Positions 1 through 9,001 are shown, counted from the first letter of the stretch. The stretch is 26,935 bases of DNA from Pseudomonadota bacterium (GCA_043767805.1 JAYUGC010000131.1:1-26935); one strand, 5' to 3'. The notes: generated by a model from the letters alone, not told the origin. A program made the numbers and translations.

Positions 1-609
1 GCCCAAAAGATAGTTCGAAGGAATCGCAAAATTCAGATTTTGCCCTTTACGGATCAGCGCAAAGGAGATTCCGATCACCTCGCCGTTCACGTTCAGCACG
101 GGTCCGCCGCTACTCCCTTTCGATATAGGCGCTGAAATCTGCAATACAGACGATTCCTCACTTCCGCGCACGGAGCTGACCAAGCCATCCGTAAAGGTGC
201 CACTCAACCCACTCGGGCTGCCGGCCACGTAGATTTTATCCCCGACGCTTACCTCGTTGCTCGTGGCGACCTTCAACGGTGCCGTTTCAGCATCATCGAC
301 TTCGATAAGGGCAAGGTCGTTGCCCTTATCGAAAGCGATGATATTCGTAATGTCCTTCGTGCCAACTCCGTCGAAAGGCTCGATGCGACCGGACTGAGCA
401 TCTTCAATCACATGATGGTTCGTCACCACCACGTTCCTCATGATGAAGAAGCCAGAGCCGACGACCGTGTCCCCGTCCTTGTTGGTCGTGTAGATCGTGA
501 CCACCGAGGGAAGGGTGCTCGCTGCGATTTCTTTCGCGGTCTTCGCGTAGATTTTCCCAGGCTGAAGGCAAACGAGTGCCATCAGCGCCATTAAGCGCAC
601 GTGCTTCAT
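1..609 (-). CDS. Secreted trypsin-like serine protease (S1C/HtrA-like protease domain), 3' end runs off the window
   Basis: Not in the ORF track; translated by hand from ATG at 609 with AGGAG upstream: MKHVRLMALMALVCLQPG (signal-like)...GSGF...VTNHHVI...NDLALI...ISKGSSGGPVLN..GEVIGI...NFAIP. His/Asp/Ser triad motifs are present and the frame is open to base 1. Confidence 0.9.
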   Translation of the reverse strand, partial: MKHVRLMALMALVCLQPGKIYAKTAKEIAASTLPSVVTIYTTNKDGDTVVGSGFFIMRNVVVTNHHVIEDAQSGRIEPFDGVGTKDITNIIAFDKGNDLALIEVDDAETAPLKVATSNEVSVGDKIYVAGSPSGLSGTFTDGLVSSVRGSEESSVLQISAPISKGSSGGPVLNVNGEVIGISFALIRKGQNLNFAIPSNYLLG

Positions 610-627
610 AGTTATCTCCTGTTAAAG

Positions 628-1752
628 TTAGCCGACTAAGAGGCCAGTTTCCCGGCCGCGTTCTTTGCGAAAGCTCATGCCCGTGCCCAGCGCTCCGGGG
701 TGGAGGCGCTCGTGAATCTCACGGGCGGTGAGCGTTGAGAGGGACTCTGGAAGCAGCGAATGCCGAGCTACGCCCGCGTCCATTTCGGTGAGGAGCACTT
801 GCCCCGACTCCAAGTTGAAAGTCTGCGGTAGAGCGGGCAGCACTTCGAGCCAGCCCCGGTTCTCTTGCGAAACCGTCAAATAAAAAGCGTCGTCTTGATC
901 GACGGGCACGCAAACGATGCCCATCTTCTCGCCGACAAAAGCGCCAGTGTCGCGCTCTTCTTGGGAGGAAAAGCGCAAGACCGCCACTTTCGAGTTCGTT
1001 ACTACCGCACTCGGCTGAGGCCCGAGCCCGATGACGCTACCGACGGTGCCATCGCCCGTTCCCCGGCAAACGATGCGAACGCCGGTAAGCTTTGCGTAAC
1101 TGACCGCGCCGTGGTGCAAAACCTTCGCGCCACTGCGAGACAAAGTGATGATGGCGTCGTACGGCACTTTTGCCATGGGTTTTGCCTGAGGCACCACATA
1201 AGGATCCGCCGTGTAAACGCCGGGGACGTCTGAGAAGATCTCGCACTCACCGGCCCCCAGCATCGACGCCAAGATGACCGCCGACAAATCGGAGCTGTTA
1301 CGACCGAGCATGGTGATTTGCCCGTCCGCGTTCACGGCCTGGCCGCCCGCGACGACCACAACCTTGTGGTTCATGAAGGCCTTCTCCAAAGCGGAGGAGT
1401 CCGTGCCCAGGATAGAAGCCCGCGTGTGCTTAGAGTCCGTGAGAATCCCGACCTGATAGCCCGTGAAATGCGTCGCGGGGATTTTTTCCGCTTCCAAAGC
1501 CGCGCGCATCAAACAAGCCGCGGTCATCTCGCCCGTGGCCAGCAACGAATCGGTCAAAGCCGAAGACATTTCCGGGTTCACGGAAAGCCCGGCCTCTTGG
1601 ATACGCCCCGTAGTTCCCGACATGGCGCTGACCACGACCACCAGCCGATCCGTGTCGGTGAGCAGGCGTGATCCCAAGTAACGCGCGATTTCCCGATAGC
1701 TCTCCATCTTGGGAAACGAAGAGCCGCCAAATTTAAGCACCCGTGTCTTCAT
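628..1752 (-). CDS. lysC: Aspartate kinase family protein (cluster-associated, divergent C-terminus)
   Basis: VLKFGGSS, VVVVSAM, LATGE, LGRNSSDLSA, DVPGVYTADP and GAKVLH motifs; 2 nt downstream of asd. Confidence 0.88.
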   Translation of the reverse strand: MKTRVLKFGGSSFPKMESYREIARYLGSRLLTDTDRLVVVVSAMSGTTGRIQEAGLSVNPEMSSALTDSLLATGEMTAACLMRAALEAEKIPATHFTGYQVGILTDSKHTRASILGTDSSALEKAFMNHKVVVVAGGQAVNADGQITMLGRNSSDLSAVILASMLGAGECEIFSDVPGVYTADPYVVPQAKPMAKVPYDAIITLSRSGAKVLHHGAVSYAKLTGVRIVCRGTGDGTVGSVIGLGPQPSAVVTNSKVAVLRFSSQEERDTGAFVGEKMGIVCVPVDQDDAFYLTVSQENRGWLEVLPALPQTFNLESGQVLLTEMDAGVARHSLLPESLSTLTAREIHERLHPGALGTGMSFRKERGRETGLLVG

Positions 1753-1754
1753 AC

Positions 1755-2780
1755 TTACCTCCCGACGACTTTCTCCGCGATTTGAATGGCGTTTAGCGCC
1801 GCTCCCACTCTCAAATTATCCGCGACGACCCAGCTCCAGAAAGCCGTGAGGCTTTGCGGATCGAGGCGAACGCGCCCGACATGCACATGATTGCTGGAGG
1901 ACAGCATCCGAGGCGTCGGGTAGTCGGACGTGGTCTGCGAGTCGTACACGATGATCTCTTCGCCGCTCTTGATGACCTTTAGCAATTCGCCGCGATCGAG
2001 CTTCTGCTTCGTCTCGACGTAAATCGCTTCCGAGTGACCGTTCAAGACGGGCACGCGGACGCAAGTCGCAGTCAGCTTAAAGCCGGGGATACGCAAGATC
2101 TTTGCCGTCTCCTGCACCATCTTCTGCTCCTCCAGGGTGAAACCATTCTCCTGAAACACGTCGACCTGGGGGACGACGTTAAAGGCGAGAGGCTGCGGGA
2201 ACTTCTTCGATTCGAAAGGCGCGGAAGGATCTTTCATGAAACCCGCGATGCCGCGGTTCAACTCTTCCATGCCGGTCAACCCGCCCCCGGAAGCCGCTTG
2301 GTAGGTGCTCACGATGACGCGGTCGATGCCGAAAGCCTTCTCTATGACGTCCAGCAGGCGCACCATCTGAATGGTCGAGCAGTTTGGGTTTGCGACGATG
2401 CCGGACTTCGGGCGGGTCTTCAAAAGATCGCCGTTTACTTGCGGCACGACCAGAGGGCTATCCGGATCCATGCGATGAGCGTTGGTGTTATCGATGACCA
2501 AGGCGCCTTGGCCCGCGGCCCGGCTCGCCCAAATCTTACTCGTGCCGGTTCCGGCCGAGAAGAAGGCGATGTCGGTCTTGGAGAAATCGAAAGTCTCGAG
2601 ATCTTCCACCACGTAGTCTTTGCCGCGGAAGGGAATCTTGGTGCCGGCCGAGCGCTTAGAGGCAACGAGCTTCATTTCCGAGAAAGTGAAGTTACGCTCC
2701 TGCATCAGCGTCATGAGCTCTTTACCGACGGCGCCCGTGGCTCCGACGATGGCGACTCTGGGGTTCATTCCGTTAAGCAT
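1755..2780 (-). CDS. asd: Aspartate-semialdehyde dehydrogenase
   Basis: GATGAVG Rossmann motif, catalytic [39 protein letters not shown]. Confidence 0.96.
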   Translation of the reverse strand: MLNGMNPRVAIVGATGAVGKELMTLMQERNFTFSEMKLVASKRSAGTKIPFRGKDYVVEDLETFDFSKTDIAFFSAGTGTSKIWASRAAGQGALVIDNTNAHRMDPDSPLVVPQVNGDLLKTRPKSGIVANPNCSTIQMVRLLDVIEKAFGIDRVIVSTYQAASGGGLTGMEELNRGIAGFMKDPSAPFESKKFPQPLAFNVVPQVDVFQENGFTLEEQKMVQETAKILRIPGFKLTATCVRVPVLNGHSEAIYVETKQKLDRGELLKVIKSGEEIIVYDSQTTSDYPTPRMLSSSNHVHVGRVRLDPQSLTAFWSWVVADNLRVGAALNAIQIAEKVVGR

Positions 2781-3678
2781 TTTTGACTCCTAAAGTTTTG
2801 CGCTCGGCCTTGAAAAGATCCGAGAATAATTGGGTACCGGGCTTCTTCAAGGCCACGTAACTCGAGGCGATGATGAGAAGCCCTCCGAAGACCGTCGGCA
2901 AGGCCACCGCTTCCCGGAAGAACAACACACCGAAGACGATGGTCGAGAGCGTGTAGACGTATTGCAAGATTCCGGCGACGGCCGCCTTAACCGTCTGAAG
3001 CGCTTTAAAGTACATCAAGTAGGGCACCGCGGTGTGAAAAACTCCCATGGTAACGAGGACCGCCCACTGGGTTCCGGTCAATGGCGCCGAGATATGGCTC
3101 AAGCCCACCGGGAGGAAGAGCAGAGCTCCCACGGTCGTCTGAAACAGGGTGATGGCCAAGGCTGGAAGGTCCTTTAAGTAACGGCCGAGTACCGTCACCT
3201 GCGAGAAGAGCGCCGCCGCGACCATGGCGTAGAGGCAACCGGGGTCGACGTTACTCAAATGGAGGCCCTTCGCCGCCAAGATGAAGACGACTCCCAGGAA
3301 CGAGATCCCGATGCACATGACCTGACGGACCGTTGGCGACTCCTTCAAGAACACCATGGCCGAGAGAAGCACGAAGATGGGAGCGAGGTTATAGAGCAAA
3401 ATGGAGTTCGTGATCGTGGTCGTTAATACCGCCTTGAAAAAGAAGAACCAATTGGAGGCCATGAAAAGCCCGGTGAGGCACAATAGACCCAGGGTCTTGT
3501 TCCACCGAAGCAGTCCTTTCAGGGAGCCGCGGTACAAAACGACTCCGACAATCGCCAGAGCGCCTATCCCGCAGCGAAAAAGCACGATGCTTTCCGCGGG
3601 AAGGTTCGCCCAGCGGGCGAAGGCCGCGACACTACCCAGCATCACCTGGGAAATCGTTAGCATTAAATAACCGTTCAT
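2773..3678 (-). CDS. EamA/DMT family exporter
   Basis: 301 aa with about 10 hydrophobic segments and duplicated EamA halves (APIFV...FLKE; ...FFRE..); overlaps the asd start. Confidence 0.9.
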   Translation of the reverse strand: MNGYLMLTISQVMLGSVAAFARWANLPAESIVLFRCGIGALAIVGVVLYRGSLKGLLRWNKTLGLLCLTGLFMASNWFFFFKAVLTTTITNSILLYNLAPIFVLLSAMVFLKESPTVRQVMCIGISFLGVVFILAAKGLHLSNVDPGCLYAMVAAALFSQVTVLGRYLKDLPALAITLFQTTVGALLFLPVGLSHISAPLTGTQWAVLVTMGVFHTAVPYLMYFKALQTVKAAVAGILQYVYTLSTIVFGVLFFREAVALPTVFGGLLIIASSYVALKKPGTQLFSDLFKAERKTLGVKNA

Positions 3679-3692
3679 AACTTACGTCCTAT

Positions 3693-4853
3693 TTACATTT
3701 GGATCATGGTCCGAAGAGCTTCCCCTTCGGAGAGCAGCGCGACTTCCCCCATGGTAGGCGCGCGGCTGATCGTTTCAAAAACTTGCCCAATCGCATTGAG
3801 CAGTCCCCAGTTTTCGGCGTAGGGGCTCGGCCATCCGGGGCATCCGTTCTCGATGTCCCGCTGGCGGGTATAAAGGTAGTCCGCCCATTCGGGGCACCGC
3901 GCGTGGCGGTGGTGGTAATCGTGAACCGGCAAATCGCCCGTCAAGACCGCGACCCGAATCGGAAGGTGAAAGAACGCCATCCGCGCCGTCCACTTCGCCC
4001 AAGCGCCGAGCGAATCCGTCCGAGGCACCGCCTCGCCGACAAAACGGCCCGCGGTGAGCGTGCAAATCGTTTCCTTCGGCGTCGCCCCCGCTTTAGGCAC
4101 TTTCAGCCAGAAGTGGAGTGACGAGAAGTTGAGCAAAGCCGCGACGTGATAAGGCGCGGTCAAAGGCAAAACCCAGCCCACGAGAAAACCGGTCCAGCCG
4201 CCGAGATAAGTCACCATGCCGGGCAGCGCGCTATAGAAAAGGACCGCGCTCAAGCGGCGCAAAGGCGTGCCGGTCACGAAGTTCGCGAGCAGGCGGCCTT
4301 TCATAAACTTGCCGTGGAAGCGGGGAGACACCACCGTGTAGCGGAGTTGTCTCCACAACGCTTCGACGGTCATGCCAGGTTTGAAGCCTAGCTCGAGTAA
4401 AAACTTACAATCCGGATCCACGGGCGAAGCGAGGCGCTTCGTGTGATGGATCTCGACGTGCTCGTGGTAGTACGAGTCGAAGTGATCGACCAGGATCAAG
4501 GTCGTCAAAGCTTGGCCAATCAGGCGATCGATAAGGCGATGCCCGGTCAAAGCGTAATGCGCGCACTGGTGAGCGAGCGTCACTTGAATCTTTCGCGCGG
4601 AGCCCACGAGAATAATCCAGCAAGGCAGAATGCCGACCCAAGCGACGGGTCCCACCCGAAAGAGCCAGGAGGCAGTAACGGCACTTCCGAGGAGACCCGC
4701 CAAAGCGAGAACGACGTGCCCGATACCGTTCGAGCGCCACAAGGCGTTCTGACCCTGATGGGCTTTTCCGGTGAGAAGGGTGAGGGCGGGCTGCGCCCAA
4801 CGGGGCAGCCGCCGCATTCCTTCCCGCACGTCGAGGTTAGAGGACGGGTTCAT
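3693..4853 (-). CDS. Membrane fatty-acid-desaturase-superfamily diiron enzyme (probably a small-molecule desaturase/hydroxylase)
   Basis: Three His boxes HQCAH, HVEIHH and HDYHH with intervening hydrophobic segments; ATGA overlap with the mutase S gene. Confidence 0.85.
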   Translation of the reverse strand: MNPSSNLDVREGMRRLPRWAQPALTLLTGKAHQGQNALWRSNGIGHVVLALAGLLGSAVTASWLFRVGPVAWVGILPCWIILVGSARKIQVTLAHQCAHYALTGHRLIDRLIGQALTTLILVDHFDSYYHEHVEIHHTKRLASPVDPDCKFLLELGFKPGMTVEALWRQLRYTVVSPRFHGKFMKGRLLANFVTGTPLRRLSAVLFYSALPGMVTYLGGWTGFLVGWVLPLTAPYHVAALLNFSSLHFWLKVPKAGATPKETICTLTAGRFVGEAVPRTDSLGAWAKWTARMAFFHLPIRVAVLTGDLPVHDYHHRHARCPEWADYLYTRQRDIENGCPGWPSPYAENWGLLNAIGQVFETISRAPTMGEVALLSEGEALRTMIQM

Positions 4854-5269
4854 ACCGCTCTCCGCATCCGGCGCTCTTCGCTGAGCCGGTCGAGTAAAGG
4901 AAGAATCCCGGTGTGCGAGGGCAAAACGTGATCGACGCCGAGGGAGAAAAACCGGCGAAGGTCGCTCTCCTTCTTATCTGCGCCGACCGAGAGATTGCCG
5001 CCGATCAAAACGGGGCAACGGATGTCGCCGCATTGTTTGGCATCACGCAAACCTTGGAGATCGGAAGCGGCATGGCCGTTCAACGAGCCGATGAGCATCG
5101 CTTCGGCATCCGGATGATTTCTCGCGGCCTGGGCGAACTCGGTGACCGGCGTGCAGGCGCCGAGATTAACGACCTCGAAGCCCTTTTCACGGAGCCAGAA
5201 GGCGATCATATGATTTCCGACGACGTGGGCGTCGCTCGCGGTGACGCCCAGAATGACTTTTCTTTTCAT
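4850..5269 (-). CDS. glmS: Glutamate (methylaspartate) mutase S subunit, cobalamin-binding (MamA/MutS-type)
   Basis: DAHVVG (DxHxxG), GSLNGH and IGG B12-binding motifs; 139 aa; adjacent to the E subunit; AAGGAG RBS. The symbol refers to the mutase subunit, not glucosamine synthase. Confidence 0.93.
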   Translation of the reverse strand: MKRKVILGVTASDAHVVGNHMIAFWLREKGFEVVNLGACTPVTEFAQAARNHPDAEAMLIGSLNGHAASDLQGLRDAKQCGDIRCPVLIGGNLSVGADKKESDLRRFFSLGVDHVLPSHTGILPLLDRLSEERRMRRAV

Positions 5270-5284
5270 GTCCCGCTCCTTTGG

Positions 5285-6667
5285 TTAGTCGGACAGCCTC
5301 GCCGTCCGTTGCCGATAAAAATTGCCGCTGAAATACTGAATGTCTCGAAAGACACGCTCGATGCTGTCGTTACTGGCCTTTCCAGAGCAGATGAGTCTCG
5401 AGTTGCGCTGCTTCGTCTTCTCCGAGAAAGGAAGCTTTCCCGGGTTCAGGTACCGGATGGCGCCTTTGCTGTCTCTCGCCGGAATCACTTCCGACTTCGC
5501 GTGCCGGCTCGTACTGAACGGCATATCCAACCTGCCGACTCGAAACGCTCGCGCGATGGCTTCCATTCGATTGGGCTCGGCGAGAACCGGCTCCACCAGT
5601 TCTTCGACTTCGCGCCGGATCCAGTAAGCTTCCTCTTCAACCCTTCCATCCTCTAGACTGATGAAGTCCAGCATCGGGAAGGCCGCCATCTTCGCGGTGA
5701 GTATCCCCTCGGCATTCGACATTGCATTTGGGATGCCAAAAGCTTCTTGGTTCGTTTTCGTGATGAGCTTCGTTGCCCGCCCCAGCTTCGCGGTCAGTGA
5801 GCCGTAGAAAATCAAAGAGTCGGCTTCCACGCGATCTTTTGGGAAGGCTCCCATGAACTCGTGTAGCACCGGGAACACCTCCACATCCTTGGGGAGGTAG
5901 TCCCGAGCTAGACCACGAATCGCATGGAGTGCGGCCACGTCCTGAATGAGATTGCCGCCTTGGGGGTAGGCAACGGACAGGCATTTCACTCCGGCACTCG
6001 TCGCTAAAATTGCCTCGAACAGCGTTAAGGCGAGACTGATGGAAGGGGGAACGAGGACGGCGGATAGCGTTCCGAACAACTCTCTATCGATGAGGATGCC
6101 CGCAAGCGCGAGCTCACCACAGACGCGATCGACGTAATCCCAAGCCTTTAACGACTCGAGGATAGGGACGTCTTTCGCATAGGGCAGGTTGTAACAGATG
6201 CCTCCGCCTTCGAACGAAGTTATCCCGGCCGCCACCGCGGTCTCGAAGAGGAGCCTCGCGTCCGGAGAGCCGTGGCGCACTTCCAAGGGTGCGTCCACGG
6301 ACGCTTCAAGCGCGCGGCCTTTCATCCAGCCGTGATTGACGAGGGGATATCCATTGAGTTGAGAGGGGTCTTTCTTGAGAACTTCTCCTCCCCGCTGAAA
6401 CTGTTTGAGGCGCGTGTAGGAGTCGATGGTGATGGAAAGAATGTCGGGTTGTGCCGTCTTCTCAATGTCCTGGAGTAACTGAACCATGGGCCCGTGCCCG
6501 CCGACACCGCAACGGGGCTGGAACAACAGCTTGCCATTGCGATCTGCCGCGCGAAGCACTTGGGCGACTGTAGGCTTCGTTCTCCGCCGAAGAAACGCAT
6601 TGGTCTCTTCGAACGTCGGTAGAGAGAAACCGGATTCTTGTACTAGTTGTTTTCTTTCCTCTTGCAT
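5285..6667 (-). CDS. glmE: Glutamate (methylaspartate) mutase E subunit (MamB/MutE-type)
   Basis: QPRCGV, ITIDSYTR, LNGYPLVNHG, VRHGSPDARLL, SFEGGGICYNLPY and RELFGTL motifs; ATG at 6667 is 6 nt from GGGAG. Confidence 0.93.
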   Translation of the reverse strand: MQEERKQLVQESGFSLPTFEETNAFLRRRTKPTVAQVLRAADRNGKLLFQPRCGVGGHGPMVQLLQDIEKTAQPDILSITIDSYTRLKQFQRGGEVLKKDPSQLNGYPLVNHGWMKGRALEASVDAPLEVRHGSPDARLLFETAVAAGITSFEGGGICYNLPYAKDVPILESLKAWDYVDRVCGELALAGILIDRELFGTLSAVLVPPSISLALTLFEAILATSAGVKCLSVAYPQGGNLIQDVAALHAIRGLARDYLPKDVEVFPVLHEFMGAFPKDRVEADSLIFYGSLTAKLGRATKLITKTNQEAFGIPNAMSNAEGILTAKMAAFPMLDFISLEDGRVEEEAYWIRREVEELVEPVLAEPNRMEAIARAFRVGRLDMPFSTSRHAKSEVIPARDSKGAIRYLNPGKLPFSEKTKQRNSRLICSGKASNDSIERVFRDIQYFSGNFYRQRTARLSD

Positions 6668-6724
6668 CAACGACTCCCGGAGGGTCGCTAGAGCAAGGGT
6701 CGTGCCGAAAGATGTTTCGAGGTG

Positions 6725-7516
6725 TTACGGGAGCTCGCCGCGAGAGACGAGAACGGCTTCACCGGAGATGAAAGTGCGCTCTTCTTCGGGGCGCACGCGA
6801 ACGAATCCGCCGCGCTTGGAAGACTGATACGCGCGCATCTCGGGTTTTTTCAGTTTCTTTTTCCAGTAAGGCCCGAGGAGGCAATGCGCGGCGCCGGTCA
6901 CGGGATCTTCATTCACGCCGATTTTAGGGCCGAAGAAGCGCGAAACGAAATCCGTTTTGCCGGTGCCTTTGGCCGTTACGATTACGGCGCGAGGCTCCAG
7001 AGCTTTCAGCTTTTCGATGTCGGGCGTGAGCAACCGGACTTTGTCTTGATTGCCGATATTGACGAGGAGAAAGCCCGCCGAATTAATGCCCACGTAGCTG
7101 GGAGCTTCGGTGAGACCGAGCGCTTCGCGAAGCCCTTTCGGCTCATCGCAAACCGTCGGCGCGAGGGTCGGAAAATCCAAGGTGATCCACGTGTCGTTCT
7201 TGCTGGCGGTGAGCCGCCCGCTCAGCGTATCGAATTGGAGTTTCTGATTGCCGGGAACGATGCCTTCGCTCCAGAGCACGAAGGCCGAGGCGAGAGTCGC
7301 ATGCCCACAAAGATCGATTTCGATCGTGGGGGTGAACCAGCGCAGGCCCCACGATCCGGCTTCCTTTTTCAGGAAGGCGGTCTCCGAGAGATTCATCTCG
7401 GCGGCGACCTTTTGCATCCACGCATCCGTCCGATTCTCATCGAGAATGACGACGGCGGCGGGGTTTCCGCGGTTGGCTTCCTTGGTAAAGGCATCGACCA
7501 GAAATAGACGGTTCAT
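6725..7516 (-). CDS. PhzF/YddE family isomerase-epimerase (DAP-epimerase fold)
   Basis: VDAFT, GNPAAV, EMNLSETAF, LRWFTP, EIDLCGHATLA, EDPVTG; ATGA overlap with the regulator stop. Confidence 0.93.
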   Translation of the reverse strand: MNRLFLVDAFTKEANRGNPAAVVILDENRTDAWMQKVAAEMNLSETAFLKKEAGSWGLRWFTPTIEIDLCGHATLASAFVLWSEGIVPGNQKLQFDTLSGRLTASKNDTWITLDFPTLAPTVCDEPKGLREALGLTEAPSYVGINSAGFLLVNIGNQDKVRLLTPDIEKLKALEPRAVIVTAKGTGKTDFVSRFFGPKIGVNEDPVTGAAHCLLGPYWKKKLKKPEMRAYQSSKRGGFVRVRPEEERTFISGEAVLVSRGELP

Positions 7517-8901
7517 GGCGTTTCTTTACGGTCTTCTCCGGCTCGATACAAGCCAAATCTCTTCATGATGGAGTGGAGCGTGCTCGGCGATATTCCGAGG
7601 CGCTGCGCCGCCTGGAATTTGTTCTTGGACGACTGAATAATCGTCTCGATGTGCTTTCTCTCTTCGGACTCGTGTTTCGTTTTTAGCTCTGTGAGAGAGA
7701 GGCTCGCCGTGACGGTCTCCGTCGAGAAAAACTTCGCGTCGAGCTGCTCGGGGGTGACCTTATCGTCTGGCGATTCGGTCAAAAGGCGATAGACCGTGTG
7801 CTCGAGCTCTCGCACGTTCCCGGGCCAGTCGTAGGTCTCGAGCTGGCGGACGGTGCGCATCAAAAACGACTTCTTGTTGCCGGTCTCTTCCGCGATTTTG
7901 CGGCAAAAGTGAGCGACCAACGGCTCGATGTCCTCGGGGCGATCTTTCAAGCGCGGTAGACAAAGGCTCAGGACGTTCAAGCGATGATAAAAATCGAGGA
8001 GGAACTCACCGCGATCGGCGCGCGCGCCGAGATCGGGCTTCGCCGCCGCAATCAAACGGAAGCGGACGTCGATCTCTTTCGCTCCACCCACGCGGCGGAT
8101 TTTCTTCTCCTGAAATACGCGCAAAAGTTTCGCTTGAGCCGTTAGGGAAAGCTGATGGATCTCGTCGAAAAAAACGGTCCCGCCGTTCGCGGTCTCGAGG
8201 ATGCCTTTCTTCTCGGCATTGGCTCCCGTGAAGGCACCTTTCTCGTAACCAAATAATTCCGATTCCAAAAGATCCGTACTGCCCTGATACGCGGCGCAGT
8301 TAATCGCAAAGAAGGGACCTTTCTTCGAATCGTGAAGCGCGCGAGCGACGAGTTCTTTACCGGTTCCGGTGTCGCCCAAAATCAAAACGTTTTGATTGTT
8401 CTCTCGGTAGAGCACCGCTTTACGAGCTAGCTCGGCGAGAGATTCGGATCGTCCCACCATGCTGATGCTCGCGATGATTTTTTCCTTCTCGGTCATCGCG
8501 AGATTCGTGTTCAGCGTGCGGTAGGTGTGATCGTACTTAAGGCACCAGTTGCGTACCGTCTTCAAAAACGTTTCGAAGTCGCCTTCCTTTTCGATGAACT
8601 CGACGGCGCCCGCGCGCCAGGTTTTCTGCATGGCGAGGCGAGAGGAATCGCCGGAATATATTAAAACGTACGCTTCCGGGTTCACGCGGCGGATGGCTTC
8701 CGCCGTTTCGGCGCCGTCCATGTCGCGCATCTGGTAATCCACGATGACCAGCGCATATTCCTGCGGGTTCTTACGGACCTTCTCGACGCCCTCCGCGCCA
8801 CTCTGGGCCGCGTGAACGGAGTAGCCGTTTCGCTCTAAGAGGAAACGGGTCGCCTGAAGATTCAGCGGGTCGTCATCGATCAGCAGTAAGCGGTACGCCA
8901 C
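7513..8901 (-). CDS. Sigma54-dependent response regulator (NtrC/AtoC-type: receiver, AAA+, Fis HTH)
   Basis: Receiver LIDDD..IVDY..YSG..IEK; Walker A GDTGTGKE; ESELFG; GAFTGA; Walker B FFDEI; WPGNVREL; HTH AAQRLGISPSTL. GTG at 8901 is preferred over TTG at 8907 on RBS spacing. Confidence 0.96.
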   Translation of the reverse strand: MAYRLLLIDDDPLNLQATRFLLERNGYSVHAAQSGAEGVEKVRKNPQEYALVIVDYQMRDMDGAETAEAIRRVNPEAYVLIYSGDSSRLAMQKTWRAGAVEFIEKEGDFETFLKTVRNWCLKYDHTYRTLNTNLAMTEKEKIIASISMVGRSESLAELARKAVLYRENNQNVLILGDTGTGKELVARALHDSKKGPFFAINCAAYQGSTDLLESELFGYEKGAFTGANAEKKGILETANGGTVFFDEIHQLSLTAQAKLLRVFQEKKIRRVGGAKEIDVRFRLIAAAKPDLGARADRGEFLLDFYHRLNVLSLCLPRLKDRPEDIEPLVAHFCRKIAEETGNKKSFLMRTVRQLETYDWPGNVRELEHTVYRLLTESPDDKVTPEQLDAKFFSTETVTASLSLTELKTKHESEERKHIETIIQSSKNKFQAAQRLGISPSTLHSIMKRFGLYRAGEDRKETP

Positions 8902-8936
8902 GTTCAACTCCCTCCCGATCGATGTCGGGAGTGAGA

Positions 8937-8945
8937 TTTATAACA
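8937..8945 (-). promoter_or_regulatory. Possible extended -10 (TGnTATAAA) promoter for the leftward operon
   Basis: Minus strand reads TGTTATAAA about 35 nt upstream of the regulator start; no good -35 element. Confidence 0.3.
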
Positions 8946-8974
8946 TTTTCGCATCGCGTGGCGTTATGGAAATC

Positions 8975-9001
8975 TGCGAAAGTTCGCAGCGAACCTTCGC
9001 A
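8975..9001. promoter_or_regulatory. Tandem palindromic boxes 1 and 2 (candidate enhancer/UAS)
   Basis: TGCGAAAGTTCGCA (8975-8988) and AGCGAACCTTCGCA (8988-9001). Confidence 0.7.

Noticed and set aside
4850..6667. Glutamate fermentation (methylaspartate catabolic pathway)
   Set aside because: No methylaspartate ammonia-lyase or glmL in the window, and the neighbours are exporters and O2-dependent tailoring enzymes.
6668..6724. Cobalamin riboswitch ahead of the mutase
   Set aside because: The gap is only 57 nt and I see no B12-box consensus here or in the central intergenic region.
2034..7507. Plus-strand ORFs 2034-2786, 4913-5656 and 6722-7507
   Set aside because: Antisense shadows of asd, the mutase genes and the PhzF-like gene.
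6725..7516. Phenazine biosynthesis
   Set aside because: Only a PhzF-family gene is present; there is no phzA/B/D/E/G.
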